From: an uncultured Acidimicrobiia bacterium
GTDB taxonomy: Bacteria; Acidobacteriota; Terriglobia; Versatilivoradales; Versatilivoraceae
DNA length: 64,000 nt
Direction: 5' to 3'
NCBI GenBank assembly: GCA_963791795.1
Contig: CAWBTP010000015.1
Coordinates: forward strand, 42,822-106,821
In this document: one piece after another, positions 8,764-20,125 of the stretch
Position numbering within the stretch: position 1 is the first letter of the stretch
Layout: each line of letters starts with the position of its first letter
Program-made: the position numbers and the translations under genes
Notes under the pieces: generated by a model
Told to the model about the DNA's origin: nothing
Database searches by the model: none
The model's input: the letters and a program-made list of their open reading frames with translations, nothing else

Positions 8764-11700
8764 TTGTTAAAACTCAAGAGAATCCAGATCCAAGGTTTCA
8801 AATCGTTCGCCGACAAAATGGAAATGGTCTTTGAAGGTTCGGGGATCACCGGCATTGTTGGTCCGAATGGCTGCGGGAAAAGCAATGTCTCTGACGCCAT
8901 CGCCTGGGTGTTGGGCGAGCAGAGCGCCAAGTCTCTGCGCGGCGGCCGGATGGAGGACGTCATTTTCAACGGAACCCGAGCCCGGCTGCCCTTGGGCCTG
9001 GCTGAGGTAACTCTGACGCTGATAGATCCCGAAGTGTTGAAGGAAGCCAACGACCCGTTTGTTCCGGAATTGCGAGCCATGGAGTCCGGCAATGGGAGCG
9101 ACGCGCTCGAGTCTTTCGAAAGCGACGAACCGGCAGGCGAGGAAGCGATTGGAGAACCGGCTGAAGATGCCGAAGAAGCTGCTCTCAGCGCACCAGTCGC
9201 CGTCGCAACAAAGCGGAAGCGCCGGCCCAAGTTCCATCCGAAACCGGGCGAACTCGTCGTGTCGCGGCGCCTTTTCCGCTCCGGAGAAAGTGAATATCTT
9301 CTGAACGGACGACAAGTGCGCTTGCGTGATATTCACGATATTTTTTTGGGAACCGGCCTGGGACCCGACTCTTACGCCATCATTGAACAGGGTCGTGTCG
9401 GCCTGATTCTCAGCTCCAAGCCATCAGACCGTCGCTCGATCATTGAGGAAGCGGCCGGCATCACCAAATTCAAGTCCAAGCGAAAACTGGCAGAGTCCAA
9501 ACTGGAACAGGCGCGGCAGAATCTGCTGCGCGTCAATGACATCACCGAAGAAGTTTCCAAGCAGTTAGGTTCGCTAAAACGGCAGGCCGCAAAAGCCAAG
9601 CGCTACCGGGAGTTGCGCGAGCGCATGCGCGAGCTCTCCAGAAATCTCTTCAACGCGCGCGCTGTGTCCCTGGATCGCCTGCTAACTCAGAGCGGCGAGC
9701 AATTACTGGAAGTCACAACGCGTTTCCGTCAACAGCACCTGCGTATTGAGGAAGAGGAGGTGCGCTTTCGGGAAACCAATGTTTCCATTTTCAATCTCGA
9801 GAGCCAGCTGAAGGAAATGCGCGAGCAACTCTCCCAACTCATTCTCGAAACGGACCGGGGCCAGCAGCGCACTCACTATCAGAAAGAGCAACTCAAGGAA
9901 CTCGAAGCCCGCTCGATAGAAAATAGTCGCGAGATTGAACAGTTGCTCCAGCAGGAGTCTCAACTGGAGGCTGATGCGGCTCTGAAGCGGCAGTCCTTGG
10001 CGGCAGCGGTTGAACAATTCGAGCGCATTCAGCAGGAATTTCTGGCGCAGAACTCGAACTACCAGGCCATTCAGGCAGAGGTCGAGGGGTTGGAACGATC
10101 CAACGACCAGCATCGTTCCGAGCTGCTCGAGTGTGTAAGTCTGGAATCGGCCCAGAAGAATCAACTCCAACAGATGGATGATCTCGATGTTCGTCTCGAG
10201 AATCAATTGAAGCGCTTGCACCAGGAGCGCGATGAAACCGCGGCATTGCGGATACGTCTGGCAGAAGAGCAGGAGGCCTCTGCCCAGCAACAGAGAGGCG
10301 AATCCAAACAGCTGGCAGAGCACCAGCAGCAGATTTCAGATCTTGCAAGGGCACTGGCGGATTTGAAATCCCAGGCAGCCGCCAACCTGGACCTGCTGAC
10401 CGAGAGCAAGGACCAGTTCAGCTCGGCAACCCACCGGGTGAAGTCCCTGGAGGAACTGGCGGCACACCACGCCTATTCCACGGAGGCAGTCCGCCTGTTG
10501 CTCTCGGCTTCGCGTGAGGCAACGTCCGGCCAGTTTCAAACGCCTGGCATTCTCGCGGACTGGGTAGAAGTCGAGGGTCCCTATGAAACCATGGTGGAGG
10601 AATTTCTCAGGCAAGAGCTGGAGTTCCTGCTGGTTGAGGAGAACGCCGCTGTGCAATCGGGCATTTCCCTGCTGCGGGACCGAAGCGCCGGACGCTCCAC
10701 CTTTCTCCTATATGGCGGCAACGCATCCGTCAACGATGATCGCTCTCAGGTCTCCCGAGCCGAAGCCTTGCGAGAGGATCCTTCCTTGGTCCCGCTGAAG
10801 CAGGTGATTCGTATCTCGAAGAATTACGCCGCAGCGGTCGAGGAAGCTCTCCCCCATCTTTCTGCGACGTTTGTCACGTCCAGTTTTGACCGTGCCGTTC
10901 AACTGGGAAGGCAGTTCCCTGCCCTGGTGTTTCTCTCGCCCGACGGTGATGTGGTACGGGGGCGCCTCGTTTCGGGAGGGGGGAAACCAGCTGTTGGGCA
11001 CCTGACACTTAAACGCGAGATTCGTGATCTGCAACGCAAAGCTGCCTCGCTTGAGCGCAGCATCGCCGAGCAGCAAGAGAAACAGGAAGTTCTGCAGCAA
11101 GCCATCAATGGACGTGAGGAGTCGCTGCTCGAGGTTCGCCAAACCGCCCAGGAGCTAGAGAAGAACCTCTTCGCAACCGATCTCCGGCTGAAGCAGATTC
11201 TGAACGAACTAGACCGTTCAGGGCAGCGGCAGAATCTGGCGGCTTTGGAACTCCAGCGGACCGAAAGCGAAAAAGCCCAGGCGTTGTTGCGCCGGACACA
11301 ATGCACCGAGACCATAGCCACTGCGCAGCAGCGCAAGGTGGAGATCGAGGTTCTGCTCGCCTCGCAATCCGAGAATCTGAAAAAACTCAAGGAAAGATCG
11401 CTTCAGGAAGCTCACGGCCTCAGCGAACTGCGGTCGGAACTGGCCACCTTTCGGGAGCGCACACTCGCTGCCGAAACGGAACTGGCGCGGCTCGACGCCA
11501 GCCTGAGGGAGAGCCAGCAGCGCCGTGAACGGCTGGAAGGGCAAAAGTCGGCTTGGGCGACCCAGTGTAGTGAGATTCAGGCCTCCATCCGGCAGTTGGA
11601 GGAGACCTTGTTTCAGCAGGCAGTCCAGAGGGCTTCCCTGGAAGCCGAGCTTCGTTCGCGCGAGAACGATCTCACCGAGTTACGCTCCAGGCAGACGGCC

Positions 11701-12534
11701 GCTGACCAGGATCTGCAAGCCATGCGGACCCAACTCGAAGAGGTTCAGAGCGAGAAGACCCAGCTTGAAATCGATCGGGCCCGGCTAAGTTCAGACCTCG
11801 GGCACCTTGAAGAGACTTGCGTTAAGGAACTCGGCGTCGGCCTCGCGGAGATCCGTCCCGAGACACCCCCGGCGTTGGAAGAGGCTGAGTTTACCCAGCT
11901 TAACCAAGAGTACACGGATCTGAAGGACAAGATCGAATCCATGGGGCCGGTCAACATGATGGCTTTGGAGGAGTATCAGGAATGCGAACAGCGTTTCCAG
12001 TTCCTGACGACTCAGCGGCAAGACCTGCTCGATTCGATTGAAGACACAAGCGCCGCCATTAAGGAAATCGACCAGGTTTCTCGCGAGCAGTTCCGCGAGG
12101 CGTTCACGGCAATCAACTCCAATTTCCAGGAGAGTTTCAGGAACCTGTTTGGCGGCGGGCACGGAGAAATGAAGCTGCTCGACGAACAGGACGAACTGGA
12201 GAGTGGCATTGAAATCATCGCTCAGCCACCCGGGAAACGACTGCAGAATGTGTTGCTTCTTTCAGGCGGAGAGAAGGCTCTGACAGCCATCGCCCTGCTG
12301 CTGGCGATTTTCAAGTTTCAGCCCAGTCCTTTTTGTGTGCTGGACGAAGTGGATGCGCCACTCGACGAGATCAACACGGGCCGGTATGCCGAGATGATCA
12401 AGTCCATGAGTACCGGAACCCAGTTTCTGCTCATCACGCACAGCAAACGAACCATGGAGGCTGCCGACACTTTGTACGGTGTGACCATGCAGGAAGCGGG
12501 CATTTCCAAGATCGTTTCAGTGCAGTTCCAATAA
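8764..12534 (+). CDS. smc: chromosome segregation protein SMC
   Basis: 1256 aa. N-terminal (M)LKLKRIQIQGFKSF..GPNGCGKSN Walker A, long coiled coils, hinge, C-terminal LSGGEKALTAIALLLAIFKF..LDEVDAPLDE signature/Walker B. TTG start. Acidic ~80-aa insertion in the head domain. Confidence 0.95.
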   Translation: MLKLKRIQIQGFKSFADKMEMVFEGSGITGIVGPNGCGKSNVSDAIAWVLGEQSAKSLRGGRMEDVIFNGTRARLPLGLAEVTLTLIDPEVLKEANDPFVPELRAMESGNGSDALESFESDEPAGEEAIGEPAEDAEEAALSAPVAVATKRKRRPKFHPKPGELVVSRRLFRSGESEYLLNGRQVRLRDIHDIFLGTGLGPDSYAIIEQGRVGLILSSKPSDRRSIIEEAAGITKFKSKRKLAESKLEQARQNLLRVNDITEEVSKQLGSLKRQAAKAKRYRELRERMRELSRNLFNARAVSLDRLLTQSGEQLLEVTTRFRQQHLRIEEEEVRFRETNVSIFNLESQLKEMREQLSQLILETDRGQQRTHYQKEQLKELEARSIENSREIEQLLQQESQLEADAALKRQSLAAAVEQFERIQQEFLAQNSNYQAIQAEVEGLERSNDQHRSELLECVSLESAQKNQLQQMDDLDVRLENQLKRLHQERDETAALRIRLAEEQEASAQQQRGESKQLAEHQQQISDLARALADLKSQAAANLDLLTESKDQFSSATHRVKSLEELAAHHAYSTEAVRLLLSASREATSGQFQTPGILADWVEVEGPYETMVEEFLRQELEFLLVEENAAVQSGISLLRDRSAGRSTFLLYGGNASVNDDRSQVSRAEALREDPSLVPLKQVIRISKNYAAAVEEALPHLSATFVTSSFDRAVQLGRQFPALVFLSPDGDVVRGRLVSGGGKPAVGHLTLKREIRDLQRKAASLERSIAEQQEKQEVLQQAINGREESLLEVRQTAQELEKNLFATDLRLKQILNELDRSGQRQNLAALELQRTESEKAQALLRRTQCTETIATAQQRKVEIEVLLASQSENLKKLKERSLQEAHGLSELRSELATFRERTLAAETELARLDASLRESQQRRERLEGQKSAWATQCSEIQASIRQLEETLFQQAVQRASLEAELRSRENDLTELRSRQTAADQDLQAMRTQLEEVQSEKTQLEIDRARLSSDLGHLEETCVKELGVGLAEIRPETPPALEEAEFTQLNQEYTDLKDKIESMGPVNMMALEEYQECEQRFQFLTTQRQDLLDSIEDTSAAIKEIDQVSREQFREAFTAINSNFQESFRNLFGGGHGEMKLLDEQDELESGIEIIAQPPGKRLQNVLLLSGGEKALTAIALLLAIFKFQPSPFCVLDEVDAPLDEINTGRYAEMIKSMSTGTQFLLITHSKRTMEAADTLYGVTMQEAGISKIVSVQFQ

Positions 12535-12658
12535 GCGGTTGATGAAGCTGCCCGGCAAATGCGCTGGGAATGCGGGCTCTTGGGGGCGGCTGGAAACCCG
12601 CTTGGGTTGATGATCTTCAGGCAACTGCTCACAGTCTCGGGATCTCTTTTCAACCTTC

Positions 12659-12686
12659 TTGACATGTGGGACTTTTGGACTACAAT
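12659..12686 (+). promoter_or_regulatory. putative sigma70-type promoter upstream of purC
   Basis: TTGACA (12659-12664), 16-nt spacer, TACAAT (12681-12686), about 120 nt upstream of the purC ATG. Confidence 0.4.
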
Positions 12687-12807
12687 GGCGGCTCGCTTCA
12701 GAGAGCAGGCTGCTCCAAATTGCTTCCCCGCGCTCGAAGAAATGAAGCTTGCTTCTTTCACTCTCTGCACTTTTTCCTGAACGTTCAACCTTGCCACAAA
12801 TCGACTC

Positions 12808-13704
12808 ATGAGCACCTCATCAGTTCAATTGCAAGCAGCCTTGCCGCGACTCAAGCTGTTCGGACGCGGCAAGGTCCGGGACATTTATGCAGTCGGGGAT
12901 CAACTCCTGATCGTTGCCACGGACCGCATTTCGGCTTTCGACTTCATTCTCGGCAGTGGCATCCCGCTAAAAGGCAAGGTGCTGACACAGATTTCCCTGT
13001 TCTGGTTTGAGATGATGAAAGACATCATCCCCAATCATTTGATCTCGGCATCAACGTCTGAGTATCCCGCTGAGTTGAGCGAGTATGCCCCCCTGCTTGA
13101 AGGCCGCTCCATGCTGGTAAGAAAGGCCCAGCCCTTTCCGGTGGAGTGCGTCGCGCGAGGCTATCTGGCCGGTTCAGGATGGAAAGAATACCGGCAGCAA
13201 ACCTCGGTGTGTGGCATCGCTCTGCCGAAGGGCCTGGTGGAGTCTTCTCAATTGCCGGAGCCAATCTTCACGCCGGCCACCAAGGCAAGCAGCGGGCACG
13301 ACGTGAATATCTCGTTCGAGCAAATGAGCCATCTCGTGGGCAGCGACATTGCTCAACGGCTGCGGGAGACCACGCTTAGCATCTATCGCAAAGCATCTGC
13401 TTATGCCGCGTCGCGGGGAATTATCATTGCCGACACCAAGCTGGAGTTTGGAGTGTATGAAGGTGAGATCATCCTTATCGATGAAGTACTCACGCCCGAC
13501 TCTTCGAGGTTCTGGCCGGCCGACGGATATGCGGAGGGTAGGCCTCAGGATTCATTCGACAAGCAGTTTGTTCGAGACTACCTGGAAGCAAGCGGTTGGA
13601 ACAAACAACCACCAGCGCCAGCATTGCCAGACCGCGTGGTGATCGGGACAAGCGCAAAGTACGTTGAGGCCTACGAGCGGCTAACTGGAATGAAGATGAC
13701 GTAG
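12808..13704 (+). CDS. purC: phosphoribosylaminoimidazole-succinocarboxamide synthase (SAICAR synthetase)
   Basis: Typical PurC N-terminus (..[29 protein letters not shown]) and length (298 aa). Confidence 0.95.
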   Translation: MSTSSVQLQAALPRLKLFGRGKVRDIYAVGDQLLIVATDRISAFDFILGSGIPLKGKVLTQISLFWFEMMKDIIPNHLISASTSEYPAELSEYAPLLEGRSMLVRKAQPFPVECVARGYLAGSGWKEYRQQTSVCGIALPKGLVESSQLPEPIFTPATKASSGHDVNISFEQMSHLVGSDIAQRLRETTLSIYRKASAYAASRGIIIADTKLEFGVYEGEIILIDEVLTPDSSRFWPADGYAEGRPQDSFDKQFVRDYLEASGWNKQPPAPALPDRVVIGTSAKYVEAYERLTGMKMT

Positions 13705-13716
13705 GGCTTGTGGTCG

Positions 13717-14265
13717 ATGTCTTTCATTTCTGAGCTCAACGTTTTGGATTGGATCGTCGTGGTGATCGTCGTTTCATCGGTCATCACCAGCATCCTGAAA
13801 GGGTTTGCGCGAGAGGCAATCAGCTTGGCCGCTGTGATCCTTGGCTTGCTTTTGGCGTCATGGTTTTACCCGCAAGCGGGGAGCCTCTTTTCAGCCTATG
13901 TGAAGACCGAGGCAATTGCCTCCCTCTTGGGGTTTGCGCTGGTTTTTCTAGGGGTCTTACTGGCAGGCGCGGTCGTCTCGTTTGTCGTAACCAAGTTTCT
14001 CCGGGTCGTTGACCTGCAGTGGTTCGATCGGCTCTTGGGGGCAGCCTTCGGTTTCACCAGAGGCTGGCTGGTGGGCTCTGTCATTTTCCTGGGGTTGACC
14101 GCTTTTCCAGTCCGGATTGAGACTGTCCAGCAAGCGATGTTGGGACCTTATTTGCTGTTGAGTGCCCGGGTTCTCGCGGCGGTGACGCCATCCCCCTTGA
14201 AAAAGCAGTTTCTTGAAGGATACGACCAAGTTCGTGCTCTCTGGGAAAAAGCAGCTAAGAGTTAG
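13717..14265 (+). CDS. cvpA: CvpA family membrane protein (colicin V production protein)
   Basis: Starts 13 nt after the purC stop. Four TM helices, LDWIVVVIVVSSVITSILKGFAREAISL N-terminus typical of CvpA. The track's TTG at 13708 is an alternative start. Confidence 0.75.
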   Translation: MSFISELNVLDWIVVVIVVSSVITSILKGFAREAISLAAVILGLLLASWFYPQAGSLFSAYVKTEAIASLLGFALVFLGVLLAGAVVSFVVTKFLRVVDLQWFDRLLGAAFGFTRGWLVGSVIFLGLTAFPVRIETVQQAMLGPYLLLSARVLAAVTPSPLKKQFLEGYDQVRALWEKAAKS

Positions 14266-14317
14266 TGAGCTGGGCATTTGATATTCAATCAGGTGCCCTC
14301 ATTTGTAGGAGTCTGTT

Positions 14318-14533
14318 GTGAAAGAGCAATTGGAAGCACTCGTTTCTGAAATGATCGACCGGGGTTTGCGGTACGACGAAGCCCTTGGTGAGTTCGAACG
14401 TAAGTTCATCATGACGTCTTTGGAAAAGAACAAAGGGAACCAAACCAAAGCGGCGAAAGCCATGGGGATTCATCGAAATACCCTCAATAAGAGGCTCTCT
14501 TCCTACAACCACCACTCCCGCAAAAAGCACTAA
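14318..14533 (+). CDS. Fis-family helix-turn-helix DNA-binding protein
   Basis: 71 aa, GTG start 8 nt after AGGAG. C-terminal GNQTKAAKAMGIHRNTLNKRL is a Fis-type HTH. Confidence 0.55.
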   Translation: MKEQLEALVSEMIDRGLRYDEALGEFERKFIMTSLEKNKGNQTKAAKAMGIHRNTLNKRLSSYNHHSRKKH

Positions 14534-14729
14534 ATCAGCCAAGCGCCTTTAGGGTTTTCAAAGAAGTACCCGACGAGCACCGAAAGGTCGCACCTTCCAA
14601 GATCCCTTCCCTAGGACTCCGTAAGTAACTGGAATACCACATTTTACGATAGGACCCCACATTCAACCACTCCGAACGACAGAGCCAATTGGCCATTAGG
14701 GCTTCCTCAGAGAAGGCGGAAAAACCTTC

Positions 14730-14758
14730 TTGACACGTGTAGGGGCTTTCTCTAGTAT
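14730..14758 (+). promoter_or_regulatory. sigma70-type promoter of groES-groEL
   Basis: TTGACA (14730-14735), 17-nt spacer, TAGTAT (14753-14758), immediately upstream of and overlapping CIRCE. Confidence 0.6.
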
Positions 14759-14784
14759 TGGCACTCGTCATCAGAGAGTGCTAA
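14758..14784 (+). promoter_or_regulatory. CIRCE operator (HrcA binding site)
   Basis: TTGGCACTC-N9-GAGTGCTAA, one mismatch to the TTAGCACTC-N9-GAGTGCTAA consensus, 60 nt upstream of groES. Confidence 0.8.
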
Positions 14785-14844
14785 CAACCCCCGGGCTCGA
14801 GTATCGCACTGTTTGAAACCCACAAACCGAAAGGAGATCGCACG

Positions 14845-15159
14845 ATGAAAGTCAGACCTCTTCACGATCGGATCCTGCTTAAGCGGATCGAAGAGAAGGA
14901 GAGCATCAAAGGCGGAATCATCATTCCCGACACCGCCAAGGAGAAGCCGCAGGAAGGTGTGGTTGTCGCTGTCGGCAACGGCAAGATCCTGGATAATGGC
15001 ACCAAGATTACGCTCGAGGTCAAAGAAGGCGACCACGTTCTCTTTGGTAAGTATTCCGGAACGGACATCAAGGTCGAAGGGGAAGAGTATCTCATCATTC
15101 GCGAAGACGAAGTTTTGGGCATCCTGGCTGAGTCTGCCAAATCCAAGGCCTCGAAGTAA
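14845..15159 (+). CDS. groES: co-chaperonin GroES
   Basis: [50 protein letters not shown]. Confidence 0.95.
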   Translation: MKVRPLHDRILLKRIEEKESIKGGIIIPDTAKEKPQEGVVVAVGNGKILDNGTKITLEVKEGDHVLFGKYSGTDIKVEGEEYLIIREDEVLGILAESAKSKASK

Positions 15160-16851
<1,692 letters not shown>

Positions 16852-16880
16852 GCCGCTAGCTGTCACATCAATCCTCGAAA

Positions 16881-16918
16881 GGGCCGCTGGATCGATGATC
16901 CAGCGGCCCTTTTTTGTT
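16881..16918 (+). terminator. rho-independent terminator of groESL
   Basis: GGGCCGCTGGATC-GAT-GATCCAGCGGCCC perfect 13-bp stem followed by TTTTTTGTT. Confidence 0.75.
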
Positions 16919-17018
16919 GCCGGGCTCAGTGGAATACCTCCCTTGCCACAGGCCCACTGCGCGGCCCTCATTGCAACAATTCCTTTCCGATTCAGCGCCA
17001 TCGTGTTAAAGAAATCGC

Positions 17019-19013
17019 ATGATTCTCGAGAGCGCACGGGTTGCTTCCCTCATCTCAATCCTCTACCTCACAGGTCCCTTTGGTTACGCCCAGCAGGGAT
17101 GGTGGATGCGCGAGCCGATTCGGCTCGTGCAGACGAATCTGCGCGAGACCGACACCGCCCTTGATCCGGCGGGTCTCGCGGCACAGGTAGCCGAATTCAA
17201 GGCTAATGTCCTGCTGTTTGGAATGGGCGGGATCGTCGCCCACTATCCGACCGACGTACCGTTCCACTACCGCAGTCCTCATCTCCCTGCAGGACGGGAT
17301 ACGTTTGGCGAGATGCTTCGTCAAGCGCAGACGCGAGGCATTCGGGTGATTGGCCGGTTTGACTTTAGCAAGACGCGCAAGGAGGTTTTCGATGCGCACC
17401 CGGAGTGGTTTTTCCGCCAGGCTGGCGGCGACCCGGTAGCCTATAACAGCCTCTACTCGACTTGCATCAACGGTGGCTACTACCGTAGTCAAGCCATGAT
17501 TATTTTGGCCGAGGCGTTGGAACGCTATGCCGTCGCCGGTCTCTTCTTTAACATGTTCGGTAATCCCTCCACCGACTACAGTGGCCGCAACGTTGGCTTG
17601 TGCCACTGCGACAACTGCCAGCGCCTGTTCCGACAGCGTTTTGGACACGACCTGCCCTTGCAGCCCGACGCCAACTACGAGCAATTCATATTCACCAGCT
17701 CGCGCGAAGTGGCAGCAGACTTTGCCCGTTTGATCCGCACCAAACGTCCGGAGGCCGGTTTCTTTACCTACATTCAGGAACATACCGACGGCATCATGTC
17801 GGAATCCAACACTGCGGTGCGCCGTCCGCTGCCTCTCTGGCCCTACTCCGCCAGCGACAATGTGAATCGCGCTCGCAACTCCGAAACCGAGAAGATGGCG
17901 GTGAACCTTTGCATGTCGTTTGTCGATTTCCCCTGGCGCTTCGCCACGGTGCCGGGTGCCGAGGTAGCGCTGCGCCTCTGGCAGAACGTTGCTCATGGCG
18001 GAGCGGCAGCGATGGCAATGGTGGGAACGATGGACCAGCAGGACCAGCAGGCGCTGGACGCGGCAAGGCCGGTATATGCGTGGCTGGCGAAGAATCAGGA
18101 ATACTACTCTGGCCAGCGTAGTGCCGCTCGTGTGCTGTTGCTGGGAAGGCCACCGAACGCGGGACGAGGCTATGGACAGAACAGCTATCGGGGCTTGTTT
18201 CGTCTCCTGTCGGAGCAACACATTCCGTTTGCGGTCGCCGACAACCTGGAATGGGTGGAGGACCCGAAGCGCAAGTTTGACCTGGTGATTGCCACCAACT
18301 GGGCGCCTGCCGAGCTCGACCATCACATCAAACGCGGAGGCAATGTTCTGGTGGCCAGCGTCCAGCCGCCTTCATTCGAAGTTGGAAAGTTGGTCCGCCG
18401 CTGGAGCAATGTCGAGGGCTATTTTCGGATTCAATCCCCTGAGCTCTTTCCGTCTCTAAGCAGAACCAAGTTGCTTTTTCTAAGTGGTGACTACCTCGAG
18501 TACGAAGCGCGTGAAAAACCCGAGCTGACCCTGATTCCACCCTCCATCTTTGGCCCACCTGAGAAAGTTCACATCGATCAGGTTGAAACCAACAAACCGG
18601 GGCTCTGGATCGAAAGTCGTGGCAAGAGCCGTCTGGCAGTGGTTCCCTGGGACATTGGCGGCCTCTATTATCTTCACAGTTCCCCAGGGCATGCCGGTTT
18701 GCTGACCGATGTCATAGACCGCCTGTTGCCTGAAGGCCGCATCTTGAAAACCAATGCTCATCCTCTTGTCGAGATCACCTTGATGAATCAAGGGGCTCGG
18801 ACTCTCGTTCATTTCGTCAACCTTGCCGGTCATTCGCAAACCGGTTACTTCCCACCCATCCCGATGCAAAGCATCCAAGTCGATATCGCCGGCAACTTTC
18901 GCCAGGCCCGCACCCTTAAGACGCCTGGAAGGTTGCAGCTCACCCCATCTAAGAATCGCACGCGGTTCACCCTTCCCGCGCTGACAGACTATGAAGTTGT
19001 GGTTTTGGAATAG
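17019..19013 (+). CDS. secreted glycoside-hydrolase-like protein (GH42-related TIM barrel with CxCxxC metal site)
   Basis: 664 aa with N-terminal signal peptide. TIM-barrel-like N-terminal region. LCHCDNCQRLFRQRFG resembles the zinc-binding Cys cluster of GH42 beta-galactosidases. Middle region resembles a GH42 trimerisation/glutamine-amidotransferase-like domain. Family assignment tentative. Confidence 0.4.
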   Translation: MILESARVASLISILYLTGPFGYAQQGWWMREPIRLVQTNLRETDTALDPAGLAAQVAEFKANVLLFGMGGIVAHYPTDVPFHYRSPHLPAGRDTFGEMLRQAQTRGIRVIGRFDFSKTRKEVFDAHPEWFFRQAGGDPVAYNSLYSTCINGGYYRSQAMIILAEALERYAVAGLFFNMFGNPSTDYSGRNVGLCHCDNCQRLFRQRFGHDLPLQPDANYEQFIFTSSREVAADFARLIRTKRPEAGFFTYIQEHTDGIMSESNTAVRRPLPLWPYSASDNVNRARNSETEKMAVNLCMSFVDFPWRFATVPGAEVALRLWQNVAHGGAAAMAMVGTMDQQDQQALDAARPVYAWLAKNQEYYSGQRSAARVLLLGRPPNAGRGYGQNSYRGLFRLLSEQHIPFAVADNLEWVEDPKRKFDLVIATNWAPAELDHHIKRGGNVLVASVQPPSFEVGKLVRRWSNVEGYFRIQSPELFPSLSRTKLLFLSGDYLEYEAREKPELTLIPPSIFGPPEKVHIDQVETNKPGLWIESRGKSRLAVVPWDIGGLYYLHSSPGHAGLLTDVIDRLLPEGRILKTNAHPLVEITLMNQGARTLVHFVNLAGHSQTGYFPPIPMQSIQVDIAGNFRQARTLKTPGRLQLTPSKNRTRFTLPALTDYEVVVLE

Positions 19014-19054
19014 GATTCGAGCCACAAACACTATTTCTGAGTCTTGGCACAGCT

Positions 19055-19231
19055 CTATGGTGGAAAGGGAAGCGTCACCCAACCCAAGGCAAACGCCACG
19101 CCTAGAAAGGTGAGAAAAACGGTGGCTGCATACTGCAGCCTCTCCTTCGGGGATTCCTTCGTGGTGAGAGAAAAAACGATTGAAACACAAAATGCAAAAA
19201 TTGTGAGAGCCGTGAAATGGGACAGTTCCAT
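19055..19231 (-). CDS. small membrane protein (58 aa)
   Basis: MELSHFTALTIFAFCVSIVFSL..LTFLGVAFALGWVTLPFPP, two TM helices. ATG 19231 lies 5 nt after the stop of the upstream membrane-protein gene. Weak RBS. Confidence 0.3.
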   Translation of the reverse strand: MELSHFTALTIFAFCVSIVFSLTTKESPKERLQYAATVFLTFLGVAFALGWVTLPFPP

Positions 19232-19236
19232 TGCGT

Positions 19237-19614
19237 CTATTTCTTTCGGCCCACCGAGATATCGAACGCATTCAGCACGACAAGGAGGTTGAGCAAACCC
19301 GCCACTGCGAGAAAGGTGTTGCCGTACTCGAACGACTGGCTCTGCGGACTGCCGGCGCCATATCCCCAATTGAGCGCCATCAGGTAAGGCAACCCGTTAC
19401 TGGCGTCGGCGAAGAAGTACAGCAGGGCAATCAACTCGCTGGCGTCCATACCGTGAAGCTTTCCATCCACCGCCAGCCCCAAGCAAAACAAGCTGAGAAT
19501 GGAACCAGCGAGCAGCAGGGATCGAATCCATTTTCCCAGAATCAAATGCCCCAGGCCCGGGAAAATCAGCGCGCCCACCACAACCACTCCCGTTTTTAAC
19601 TGCTTAAGATTCAT
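19237..19614 (-). CDS. hypothetical membrane protein (TM2-like GxxH motif)
   Basis: 125 aa, three predicted TM segments (VVVVGALIFPGLGHLILG..LLLAGSILSLFCLGLAV..). Confidence 0.45.
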   Translation of the reverse strand: MNLKQLKTGVVVVGALIFPGLGHLILGKWIRSLLLAGSILSLFCLGLAVDGKLHGMDASELIALLYFFADASNGLPYLMALNWGYGAGSPQSQSFEYGNTFLAVAGLLNLLVVLNAFDISVGRKK

Positions 19615-19677
19615 CGAAGATCTGATCCATTCCGTTTCAGCGGCTGCCAGGCCCCCAGGGTTGGTGACACGGCCTGC

Positions 19678-19965
19678 CTAAGAGCCAAACTCACCGAGAA
19701 ACTGCAAGAACCTCTCTTGGGAACAACCTTCCACCTGAATCACTTTTCGCCTCGAAGAAAGACCGGAACGGATTTCCACGCACGATTTCGGAATCGACAA
19801 CCGCCGGGCCAGAAACTCAACGAGGGCCTCGTTCGCCTTGCCGTCGACTGGCGGAGCGGCGAGCCGAACCTTCAGAAACTCCCCTTCCCGGCCTCCAGCA
19901 CAAGTCTTCGACGCGTGGGGCTGCACTTTCACCGCGAATGAAATCGTATGAATCGTCGATGCCAT
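19678..19965 (-). CDS. DUF167 (YggU) family protein
   Basis: ..VKVQPHASK..LKVRLAAPPVDGKANEALVEFLARRLSIPKSCVEIRSGLSSRRK matches the UPF0235/YggU consensus. Lies downstream of yggS, as in enterobacteria. Confidence 0.8.
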   Translation of the reverse strand: MASTIHTISFAVKVQPHASKTCAGGREGEFLKVRLAAPPVDGKANEALVEFLARRLSIPKSCVEIRSGLSSRRKVIQVEGCSQERFLQFLGEFGS

Positions 19966-20125
19966 CTGCCAAAGGCGCCTCCGGCCCGAGCCAGCCGTTA
20001 CCGCAGTGTCGAACTACGAATGACTTTCAGCATGCATTCGAACTTCGTCATTCGACCTTCAGCCTCAGACCAGTTGCTGCAAGAACTCGCGCGAAGCGAA
20101 AACTTTTCGGGTGCGCAATCTGCAC

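Noticed and set aside
9703-11390. Several 150-206-aa minus-strand ORFs inside smc
   Set aside because: Antisense to smc. Leu/Gln-rich products mirror the coiled-coil coding strand.
17055-18326. 423-aa ORF on the minus strand
   Set aside because: It lies entirely antisense to the 664-aa secreted protein gene. Its product is Arg/Gly/Ala-rich low-complexity sequence typical of shadow ORFs in high-GC DNA, with no RBS.
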